Positions 55,148 through 64,000 of a stretch of DNA of 64,000 nt are shown piece by piece (positions within the stretch are counted from its first letter, which is position 1; every line of letters begins with the position of its first letter). Made by a program: the position numbers and the translations under genes. The notes under the pieces are model-generated. The model had not been told where the DNA came from and did no database searches. It saw only the letters and a list, made by a program, of their open reading frames with translations. Source of the stretch: Rhodospirillales bacterium. GTDB lineage: Bacteria; Pseudomonadota; Alphaproteobacteria; Bin95. The stretch covers positions 896,001 to 960,000 of the forward strand of contig JAYQLI010000035.1 in NCBI GenBank assembly GCA_038143065.1, written 5' to 3'.

Positions 55148-55977
55148 CCAAGTTCAAGGCTGCATGCATCCAAAATACCGCCGATCGTGATCCGGCGCCA
55201 AGCATGGCCAAGCTAAGTGAACTTATTAAGCGTGCACGCGATGTTGATAGCGACCTTATTATGACACCAGAGGTATGCCATATGCTGGAGCCAAGACGAA
55301 AGCTTGGCGTGGAAAAAACACAAATCGAAACTGCTAACGAGTCACTAGAAATATTCCGCAGCCTAGCGATTGAGACGGGGGCATGGCTTCTAATCGGATC
55401 TATGGCAATTAAATTGCAAGATGAAGAACGGATGGCAAACCGTTCTTTTTTAATAAACCCCATAGGTGAAATCATAGGCCGATACGACAAAATACATATG
55501 TTTGATGTCGATGTGGGTGAAGGCGATAGTTATCGGGAATCGAATGGCTATCGCCCTGGAGAAAGCGCTATTATCCAGAAATTGCCTTGGGGTAATTTAG
55601 GGATGACTATCTGCTACGACATGCGGTTTCCGAACTTGTATCGCGACCTGGCTAAAGCTGGTGCAGACTTTTTAGCCGCTCCCTCCGCTTTCACAGTACC
55701 AACCGGACGAGCTCACTGGCACGTGTTATTGCGAGCTCGCGCAATTGAAAATGGCTGCTTCGTATTCGCCCCCGCTCAAGTTGGCGAGCACGCAGAGGGC
55801 AGAAAAACGTATGGCCATTCTCTGATAGTGGACCCATGGGGAGAAGTGTTAGCCGATGGAGGGGACGACGTTGGTTTTGTTACTGCGGAAATAGATGTAA
55901 CCAAAGTAAAAGAAGCAAGAAGTCGAGTGCCATCCCTGTTTAATGACAGACCTTATTCTGCGCCCAAATTAGATTGA
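55144..55977 (+). CDS. Carbon-nitrogen hydrolase (Nit1 / deaminated glutathione amidase-like)
   Basis: TPE, YDKIHMFDV, ICYDMRFP, RARAIEN, TYGHSLIVDPWG. ATGA overlap with grxC. Confidence 0.92.
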   Translation: MTKFKAACIQNTADRDPAPSMAKLSELIKRARDVDSDLIMTPEVCHMLEPRRKLGVEKTQIETANESLEIFRSLAIETGAWLLIGSMAIKLQDEERMANRSFLINPIGEIIGRYDKIHMFDVDVGEGDSYRESNGYRPGESAIIQKLPWGNLGMTICYDMRFPNLYRDLAKAGADFLAAPSAFTVPTGRAHWHVLLRARAIENGCFVFAPAQVGEHAEGRKTYGHSLIVDPWGEVLADGGDDVGFVTAEIDVTKVKEARSRVPSLFNDRPYSAPKLD

Positions 55978-56061
55978 TTTATTAGATAAAAAGACTTCCA
56001 ATACTGAGGGCCTAAATACCGACCTCCTTGTTCTTGAGAATTTTTCCTCAGAGGTCGCTCT

Positions 56062-56077
56062 TGGCATCTGAAATGCC
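56062..56077 (+). promoter_or_regulatory. Possible sigma54 (-24/-12) promoter or palindromic operator
   Basis: TGGCAT-CTGAA-ATGC: GG-N10-GC spacing, one mismatch to TTGC, 44 nt upstream of the ATG. Confidence 0.35.
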
Positions 56078-56120
56078 GCAGTCATAATCTTACGCAACAA
56101 GAGCGAGTGGATCATAAGTA

Positions 56121-56902
56121 ATGTCTAGTTCCGACCCTACGGTGACGCGAGAGAATGACGGGGCCACAGCGGTACTGCGCATCTCTAACCCAAAACGGCG
56201 CAATGCTTTTTCCCCGGAGGTAAGAGGAGCCCTGGTCGGGCATATGAACGATATAGCAACTGACGACGCTATTCGCAGTATTGTTATCACTGGAGCTGGT
56301 AAAACATTTTCTGCAGGTGGTGACCTGTCAACCATGCAGGATATGACTGCATTCGAAGGTAGAGAACGCATTCGCGCAGGGCGCGCAATGGTCGAAAGCA
56401 TATGGCGGAGTGAAAAACCAGTTGTCGCTGCAGTTGAGGGTTTCGCATTTGGAGCAGGCCTCTCCCTTGCGTTGCTTGCCGACTGGATCGTTGCAGCTGA
56501 AGATGCCTCTTTTTGCGCCTCCTTTGGCCGTGTTGGGTTGATGGGTGATATGGGCCTTTTTTGGACATTGCCTCAAAGAGTTAGCGTCGGCAGAGCTCGA
56601 CGCATATTGATGCTAGCCGAAGTAGTTACAGCGCAAGAAGCACTTAAGATCGGCCTGGTTGAAGAAATATCTAACAACGGCAAAGCTCTAGACCAAGCGA
56701 TGACAAAAGCTCGAGTAATGGCAGAAGCAGCCCCCTTCCAAATAGGCTGACGCGTGAGGCACTCGGACAATTCCCGGCTACCTTAGATGACATGCTGGCT
56801 TACGAAGCCCATGGACAGGGCCTCTTATTTACTAGCGCAGATACTAAAGAGGGGCTTGCATCATTTTTTGAAAAGCGCCGCCCTGTATTTCAAGGAGCCT
56901 GA
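56121..56902 (+). CDS. Enoyl-CoA hydratase/isomerase 1 (frameshift near 56735)
   Basis: FSAGGDL, AVEGFAFGAG, F.RVGLM.D.G; shifted tail EGLASFFEKRRPVFQGA*. Confidence 0.9.
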
Positions 56903-56906
56903 AATA

Positions 56907-57685
56907 ATGGCTGAAAAAATGACAGTTAATGTGACACGAGAAGGGCCAATTGCAGTTCTTGAGATAGATAATGTTTCACAACGAAACGCATTAACTATGG
57001 CAGTCAAGGCTGTTCTCGTTCCCGCTCTCAGAGAAGCAGAAGAAGACGCAGATGTTCGCTGCATAGTCATCACAGGCGCTGGCAACACCTTCTCAGCAGG
57101 TGGAGACGTTAGCCTTTTTGGTGATATGACGCCCGCTAAGGGACGTCAAATAGTCTTTGATCAACGTAACTTCCTTCACCTTATGCTCCGAGGAGACACC
57201 CCAATTGTTGCTGCGGTTGAAGGTTTTGCTTACGGAGCTGGTTTTGGCCTTGCGATGGCCGCTGACTATATCGTCGCTGCTGAGGACGCAAAATTTTGCG
57301 CCGCTTTTAATAAGATTGGATTAATGCCAGATGGGGGCCTTCTCTGGACTTTACCCCAACGTGTAGGCATGGGCCGTGCAAAGGACATGCTTATGTGTGC
57401 AACAGTAGTCGATGGTGTTGAAGCAAAAAGGTTGGGCATTGCTGACCAACTAGCCAAACCTAATCATGCATTAAATGCAGCCATGGATAGAGCTGCAGCT
57501 TTTGCTTCAGCTGCACCTCTCGCTGTAGCCACTATTAAGTCAGCTTTTGCCCGTTACCCTCTTGATCTTGAGCAGGCCTTCGCAATCGAAAGTGATGCGC
57601 AGCCTGCATTGATGCAGAGTGAGGATGCTAAAGAAGCACGGCGTGCCTTTTCGCTAAAGAAAAACCAAACTTCCGAGGAGCCTGA
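56907..57685 (+). CDS. Enoyl-CoA hydratase/isomerase 2 (indel near the C-terminus)
   Basis: FSAGGDV, AVEGFAYGAG, FNKIGLMPDGG; tail ..KKKPNFRGA*. Confidence 0.9.
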
Positions 57686-57688
57686 GAA

Positions 57689-58459
57689 ATGTCTAATCCA
57701 GGCTGCAGCCTAGAAATTGCAAATGGCATAGCTACCATCACGATGTCGGATTCAAAGAAAAGGAACGCTCTTTCAACACCTGTTGTTACCGACTTAAACA
57801 ATCATGTCGATACCGCACTAACGCATCCAGACGTCCGGGTAGTCATTCTTGCAGGAGCAAATGGTATATTTTGTTCCGGAGGCGATATCTCAGGGTTTGA
57901 CAATGACGACTTACCCTTACGTCGTCGGATGCCACGATTACACCGTTTATGCGGAAAAATAGCCCACTCAGAAAAACCATTTATCGCTGCGGTTGAAGGC
58001 GGAGCTTTTTGGGGCGGCCTCTCTTGCTCTTTTGGCGGATCAGATAGTTGCCGCTGACAACGCGCGTTTTTGTGCCAGCTTTGTAAAGATTGGCCTTATG
58101 CCAGATCTAGGACTTCTATCCACCCTGCCCGCACGTGTTGGTATTGGCCGTGCAAAGGAAATCCTGATGCTGGGGGAAGATGTGACAGCAGTTACCGCAC
58201 TTGAAGATGGCCTCGTGGATGAGTTGTCTCCCCAGGACAAGCCCTGACAAGGGCTATGAACTTAGCAAACGAATTTGCAAGTATGGCACCACTCGCTCTT
58301 GCTTACACAAAAGCTACTGTAATGCGCTGGCCAATGACACTCCCTCAAGAGCTCGCCTGGGAAGCTCAAGGTCAGGGTCTATTATTCACCACCGATGATC
58401 TTCAAGAAGGGCGACAAGCATTCTTTGAAAAAAGGAAGCCAAATTTCAGTGGGAGTTAG
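57689..58459 (+). CDS. Enoyl-CoA hydratase/isomerase 3 (two frameshifts)
   Basis: FCSGGDI, AVEGGAF, FVKIGLMPDLG, EGRQAFFEKRKPNFSGS. Confidence 0.88.
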
Positions 58460-58740
58460 ATTTAAAAATTGTCCGCACCTGAATGTCTAAACATATAAAT
58501 TTTCCAAGTTTAAATTACTTTGAGATGCCCTTATTTTATTTGACTATTTAGATTAATTTAAAATTATAACATACTGTATTTAATTAATTTAAATTTGGTT
58601 TTTAGGATAATTAAATTTGGGATTTCCTAAAAATTGTTACTAAAATATCTTTAGTTGATTCTACCATATTTCCGGTGGGACCAATCATCTGTATGTTGTC
58701 CCCTCAATTCGAAATTATTCTCAGCAGGCAGGAATTTAAG

Positions 58741-59853
58741 ATGGCGTCTAATAAAAAGCTTTTGGTATTGCCCGGTGATGGTATCGGACCAGAGGTTGTC
58801 GGCGAAGTAAGGCGAATAGTTGATTGGATGGATCAGCGCCGCCACGTGTCTTTTGATATATCGGAGGGTCTCGTTGGAGGCGCCTCTATAGACGCTCATG
58901 GCACCCCTCTTACAGACGATACTATGGCAGAGGCAATGAATGTCGACGCTGTATTATTTGGGTCAATTGGTGGACCAAAATGGGAAACTCTTCCTTTTAA
59001 CTCACAACCAGAACGTGGGCTTCTGAGACTTAGAAAAGAGATGGATCTCTTCGCCAACCTACGCCCCGCTATGGTCTTTGATGCTCTAGCAGATGCCTCA
59101 TCACTAAAACACGAGCTAGTGGCTGGCCTAGATATTATGATCCTCCGAGAGCTCACGGGAGGCGTGTACTTTGGCGAGCCACGCGGGATAGAAACCCTCC
59201 CATCTGGAGAACGGAGAGGTTTTAACACGCAATCTTACACAGAGACCGAAATTGAGCGCGTTGCGCGGGTTGGCTTTGAATTAGCCCAAAAGCGGAGCGG
59301 CAAACTCTCCTCTGTGGAAAAAGCAAATGTTATGGAGTCCGGAGTTCTCTGGCGCGAGGTAGTCTCTTCAATTGCTGGTGATTATCCAGATGTAACGCTG
59401 TCTCATATGTACGCTGATAACTGCGCTATGCAGATTGTTCGTAACCCAAAACAATTTGATGTGATTGTCACCGACAATCTATTTGGGGACATTCTATCAG
59501 ACTGCGCAGCAATGCTCACAGGTTCTCTGGGGATGTTACCATCTGCTTCTCTAGGCGCCGAAGACCCAACCACTGGTAGAAGAATGGCCCTATATGAGCC
59601 AGTCCACGGTTCTGCACCTGACATTGCTGGACAAGGCAAGGCTAACCCGCTGGCGGAAGTATTAAGTTTTGCGATGTTACTCAGGTATTCCTTTGATATG
59701 GGCGAAGACGCCGACATCATCGAAGCGGCAGTTGGTAATGTGCTGGGAGCTGGGATCCGAACTGCGGACATAGCTGCTCCAGGTCAGACAGCAATCTCCA
59801 CTTCAGAAATGGGCACCGCGCTCCTCAAGGAGCTCGATAAGCTGGCTGCGTGA
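58741..59853 (+). CDS. leuB: 3-isopropylmalate dehydrogenase
   Basis: [53 protein letters not shown]. Confidence 0.97.
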   Translation: MASNKKLLVLPGDGIGPEVVGEVRRIVDWMDQRRHVSFDISEGLVGGASIDAHGTPLTDDTMAEAMNVDAVLFGSIGGPKWETLPFNSQPERGLLRLRKEMDLFANLRPAMVFDALADASSLKHELVAGLDIMILRELTGGVYFGEPRGIETLPSGERRGFNTQSYTETEIERVARVGFELAQKRSGKLSSVEKANVMESGVLWREVVSSIAGDYPDVTLSHMYADNCAMQIVRNPKQFDVIVTDNLFGDILSDCAAMLTGSLGMLPSASLGAEDPTTGRRMALYEPVHGSAPDIAGQGKANPLAEVLSFAMLLRYSFDMGEDADIIEAAVGNVLGAGIRTADIAAPGQTAISTSEMGTALLKELDKLAA

Positions 59854-60683
59854 TCCGCACACGCTTTGCCCCGAGCCCCACGGGCCGCCTCCATCTTGGT
59901 CATGCATATTCGGCATGGTTTGCATGGAATGCGGCTCTTCGGGCAGACGGTGAATTTCTACTGCGCATTGAAGATCTAGACCAAACTCGAAGCCGTGTTG
60001 AATATGAAGCCGGCATAATTGAGGACCTAATCTGGCTGGGGTGTCACTGGCATGGAGGAGTAGTTCGCCAGTCAGAGAAAGCGCCCGCCCATCAAGAATA
60101 TCTCACTAAGCTTATAAATTTGGGCCACGTTTATCCCTGTTTCTGTACGCGCAAAGATATTCTTAGAGAAATTGCCACTGCAGGTGATGCACCTCATGGA
60201 CCAAGCGGCCCGGTATATCCAGGAACTTGCCGCTCTATCCCTCTTGAAGAATCAGCAGAACGCATAGCAGCTGGAGAGAGCCACGCTCTCCGCCTGAACA
60301 TCAGGCAGGCTGCACGAGAGGCAGGCCCTATAAGATGGAAAGATATTGATGCGGGAACCTTTGAGGCCAAGCCTGAACGATTTGGTGATATTGTACTAGC
60401 CAGAAAAGACGCACCGGCTGCCTATCACCTTGCTGTTGTGATCGATGACGCTACATCAGGCGTTACACTCGTAACTCGGGGCGACGATCTCCTTGCTGCC
60501 ACAGACATCCAGGCCCTGCTTCAAAGACTTCTAGGTCTTCCACAACCTCTATACCACCATCACCGACTTTTACTTGGCTCAAATGGCAAGCGCCTGGCAA
60601 AAAGAGACCAATCGGCAACAATCCAGTCACTCAGAGAAGCCGGTTATTCGCCAGACGAAGTCCTTAACAAATGTCAGATATAA
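59850..60683 (+). CDS. gluQ: Glutamyl-Q tRNA(Asp) synthetase
   Basis: [46 protein letters not shown]; 277 aa with no anticodon domain. Confidence 0.92.
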   Translation: MIRTRFAPSPTGRLHLGHAYSAWFAWNAALRADGEFLLRIEDLDQTRSRVEYEAGIIEDLIWLGCHWHGGVVRQSEKAPAHQEYLTKLINLGHVYPCFCTRKDILREIATAGDAPHGPSGPVYPGTCRSIPLEESAERIAAGESHALRLNIRQAAREAGPIRWKDIDAGTFEAKPERFGDIVLARKDAPAAYHLAVVIDDATSGVTLVTRGDDLLAATDIQALLQRLLGLPQPLYHHHRLLLGSNGKRLAKRDQSATIQSLREAGYSPDEVLNKCQI

Positions 60684-61658
60684 TTCTTCCAATTCGCTCG
60701 ATGTTACCCAGTGTTTCCGAATGTTCCTGACCTGGCCATTGGAATCGTAGCAATATGTGATCAGTGCCCGTTATCTCCGCATAGCGGAGTATCTCATCCT
60801 TCGCTTCTTCAACATCTCCAATGATAAATCTACCTTTGGCAAAATCCCCAAAACCAGACGCAAAATCTCCACCGGCAGTCTCCCCTGCCCCCAAGAACTA
60901 TAGGCCTGATACTTGTACATTAGAGGCCCTCGGCTTGCTTCCTCCGCATGAGCCTTATCACGACCAACGAAACATTCTCGAATTACGGGGCAAGCGACGT
61001 TCGGATCAAGTCCATTAGCCACCCGTTCCTCGCGGAAAGCAGATAAGTAGTTAAGAATAGATTCTGTTGAAAGTGTTGGAGCTACGCACCAGGCATCAGC
61101 TAGACGCGCGGCTCGACGCACCGACGCTTCTACATCCCCACCCAGCCAAATTGGAGGTCTTGGCTGTTGCTTCGGTTGCACGGCAGGTTTTGCACCATCA
61201 AGTGTGAAATGCTTACCTTGAAAATCCACAGTCTTTTCGGTCCATAGACGCTTGATGATCTCCACGCCCTCTGTCAAACGGCCAACCCGTTTTTTCATAT
61301 CCACACCCATGGCCTGGAATTCTTCTGGCCGATAGCCTAATCCAGCACATAGCACATAATTACCATCAGTTAGCCAATCGATGGTTGCGCCTTCCTCCGC
61401 TGCCAACACGGGGTTCATCATAGAAAGTAAGAGGACACCTGGCCCGAGCTGCATTCCTTTGGCTTCCTCTGCCAAAGCACCCATAAGCGGAACTGTCTGA
61501 AACATGCCCATCGGGCCAGTCAGTAAATGCTGGCCAATAATCAAGGAGCCAAACCCAGCTTCCCTTGCTGCTCGCACCTGATCTTTGAGAGAATAGAGCA
61601 CGTCGTCTGGACGTTCCTCCTCAGACCATTGCATGGCTGTAAACATCCCTATCTTCAT
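60664..61658 (-). CDS. LLM-class flavin-dependent oxidoreductase (frameshift near 60890)
   Basis: GF.SL.IGQH, NPV..AEE.ATID, GLGYR.EEF..MG, P.QQPRPPIWLGG, RRAARLAD. Confidence 0.9.
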
Positions 61659-61720
61659 GGCCGAGCCTTCCTTTTGTACAATCGGAGAATCATGTTATCT
61701 GATTCTCGCGGTTCCAATCT

Positions 61721-63030
61721 ATGGCTCGACAACTTCATATTAATCTTTTTGTCCAATCACGGGGGCACCATGAGGGAAGTTGGCGACACCCGAAGGCAAC
61801 TCCGAAAGCCCTTACCGACATAAGTTATCTGCAGGAAATGGCTCAGTTAGCTGAGCGTGGAAAACTAGATTCAATATTCTTGGCCGACCAATTGAATGTT
61901 ACTCAAGATGCCACCCGAGCGCCTCGAAATTGGCTAGAACCAATCACCGTGCTTCCAGCCATTGCAGCCGTGACAGAGCGCATAGGCCTTATCGCAACTG
62001 CTTCAAGCACTTACTGGAGCCGTTCAATCTCGCCCGACAATTTGCCTCAATAGATCATATTTCAGGAGGAAGGGCAGCTTGGAACATTGTTACATCATGG
62101 TCGGCAGCTGCAGCGAGTAATTTTGGGGATGATAACCAAATTAGTCATGCTGACCGGTATGTGAGGGCAGAGGAATACATCCAAGTAGTCAAAGCTCTTT
62201 GGAGCAGTTGGGACGAAGGAGCAATTGTAGATAATAGAGCCACCGGTGAATATATCCGTGAGGGCAGCTTTCGCCCAATTAATCACAAGGGAACGCTCTA
62301 TTCTGTTGCAGGGCCCTTGAATGCTCCACGAGGACCGCAAGGCAGACCAGTTTTGGTTCAAGCAGGTTCATCCGACACCGGAAAAGCTTTTGCAGCGAGA
62401 CATGCAGAAGCCGTGTTCACCGCGCACTTAGAACTTAAGACTGCTAAAGACTTTTACAGTGACTTAAAATCAAGGGCATCAGAATTTGGCAGAGATCCAA
62501 AGCATGTGATTATTCTACCAGGCCTATCCCCTATGATCGGGTCAACAGAGTCAGAGGCACGACAATTTTCTGAAGAACTTGATGCCCTTACAGATCCGGA
62601 AGTAGGCCGCAAGCGGCTATCAGCACGATTTGGTGGTTATGACTTCTCGCACCTTCCATTAGATGTTCCTCTCAGACCGGAAGACCTTCCCGATCCAGAA
62701 ACAGTCGAAGCCGCTCGCAGTCGCGCAGAGACAATCGTGGGTTTTGTTAAGCGCGAGCAAGCGACTCTCCGTCAGTTACTTGCCAAGCTTGCTGGCGCCA
62801 GAGGACACTTTACTTTCGCCGGCACGCCCAACCAAGTTGCAGATTTGATGCAGACGTGGGTTGAAGCAAAGGCGGCGGACGGTTTCAATCTAATGCCCCC
62901 TGTCCTGCCCTGGATGGCAGAGACCTTTATTGATGAGGTGCTTCCAATTTTACGAAAGCGAGGTCTGTTCCGGGAAGACTATTCGGGGAGCACCCTCAGG
63001 GATCATTTAGGATTGCCTAAACCAAATTAG
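61721..63030 (+). CDS. NtaA/DmoA/DszA-family FMN-dependent monooxygenase (frameshift near 62015)
   Basis: GHH.GSWRHP, AERGKLD.IFLAD, AR.FAS.DHISGGRA.WNIVTS, PQGRPVL.QAGSS, DGFN, RGLFR.DY...TLR.HLGL. Confidence 0.92.
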
Positions 63031-63203
63031 TACTGTTTTTATTATATAAATTATATTTTTATACTTTTTAGTTAATATTAAAACTTAAAAAACAAACCCA
63101 TACGGCTAATTTTGGAGCATCTTCTACATTTAGTTTTTGTCGCAAACATCGCTTGGAAACTAAGTAGCTCGCAATCAGAGCATAGAGCCTCTAAACTATT
63201 TGT

Positions 63204-63866
63204 ATGGATTGGAATCAACCCATCGATATCTATTGCGAAAGGTTAAACCCAGAATTCTGGGCGGAGCCTGTTAATGCTATTACCAACCTAGCCTTTGTAG
63301 CCGCTGGTGTCTGGGCTTTTCTTTATGCAAGAGCTCGCAGTGTCCTTGATCCTGCAATCATAGGACTGTCATTTCTTTCAACTTGCGTAGGTGTGGGATC
63401 GTTTCTGTTCCACACTTTTGCTGTCCAGTGGGCCGGCATCGCCGATGTTGGTTCAATTGCTCTATTTATGATTGCAGGAATGTTGATTGGTCTTAGACGT
63501 TTGTTTGCCATCAGTTGGCTTTGGGCAACGATTGCAGCAATTGGTTTTGCAGTAGTTATTTTTGTTGGCCCTGAACGTTTTAATATCGAGATTCCAGCTT
63601 TAGGCGAAGGTAACCGGTATCTACCAGCCATAATAGCTCTTGGCATGATATCAGGTGCGTTGGCACTGAAGCGTCGTGAGGCGTCCAGGCCGATTGCCTC
63701 CGCAGCTTGCATTCTCAGTCTGTCACTTATTTTTAGAACCATTGACGCTGGTATATGTCAGGCTTTTCCTCTCGGAACACACTTCCTTTGGCACATTCTC
63801 AACGGGTGTGTATTCGCCTTAATTATGTATTCGATAATTAGATATCAAATTCATAGTAGTGATTAA
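63204..63866 (+). CDS. Ceramidase-like (CREST superfamily) membrane protein
   Basis: DIYCER....FWAEPVNA.TN, GSFLFHT, RTID..IC..FPLGTHFLWH.LN. Confidence 0.88.
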   Translation: MDWNQPIDIYCERLNPEFWAEPVNAITNLAFVAAGVWAFLYARARSVLDPAIIGLSFLSTCVGVGSFLFHTFAVQWAGIADVGSIALFMIAGMLIGLRRLFAISWLWATIAAIGFAVVIFVGPERFNIEIPALGEGNRYLPAIIALGMISGALALKRREASRPIASAACILSLSLIFRTIDAGICQAFPLGTHFLWHILNGCVFALIMYSIIRYQIHSSD

Positions 63867-64000
63867 GATACGGCCGATTATTCTTTGGACAGAACTTTGT
63901 TGCCTATATTTGTTAGGGCCGATCGGCCTGGCAGTTCTTCTCAGGTTTGAGCTTCTTAATATTTCAACGGTGCCACTAGTTTTTTTCGCGCTTTTTATTC

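Noticed and set aside
1-64000. CRISPR arrays, rRNA, IS elements, prophage or defence genes, and the many short antisense ORFs
   Set aside because: No regularly spaced repeats or transposase, integrase, Cas or phage motifs were seen. The antisense ORFs lie opposite well-supported genes.
63870-64000. Possible 3' end of a minus-strand gene at the window edge
   Set aside because: Too short and featureless to support a call.

Overview
64 kb of bacterial chromosome, most likely from a marine alphaproteobacterium. This is inferred from the aap/bzt operon, grxC-nit synteny, the alphaproteobacterial-type elongator tRNA-Met and a DsyB homolog. Housekeeping genes (asd, rsmI, hemH, mnmA, leuB, gluQ, rpiB, rbsK, tRNA-Leu(TAA), tRNA-Met(CAT)) are mixed with many catabolic paralogs: acyl-CoA dehydrogenases, enoyl-CoA hydratases, SDRs, Baeyer-Villiger and luciferase-like monooxygenases, 2OG-Fe(II) oxygenases and a Mo-bisPGD S/N-oxide reductase. 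Many genes, including conserved housekeeping ones, are broken by single-base indels that look like long-read errors, so I merged them across frameshifts. Highlights: (1) a UGA-recoded UGSC-type selenoprotein with a SECIS-like hairpin and a GrdB-like UxxCxxC motif, directly downstream of an uncharacterised partner with a hidden C-terminal CxxC; (2) a dsyB homolog (DMSP biosynthesis); (3) a very GC-rich structured leader upstream of ornithine decarboxylase; (4) an orphan sRNA candidate; (5) a divergent LeuC paralog lacking an adjacent LeuD and abutting an acyl-CoA dehydrogenase. No CRISPR, rRNA, integrase or transposase was seen. Family assignments come from motif recognition and memory, not database searches.
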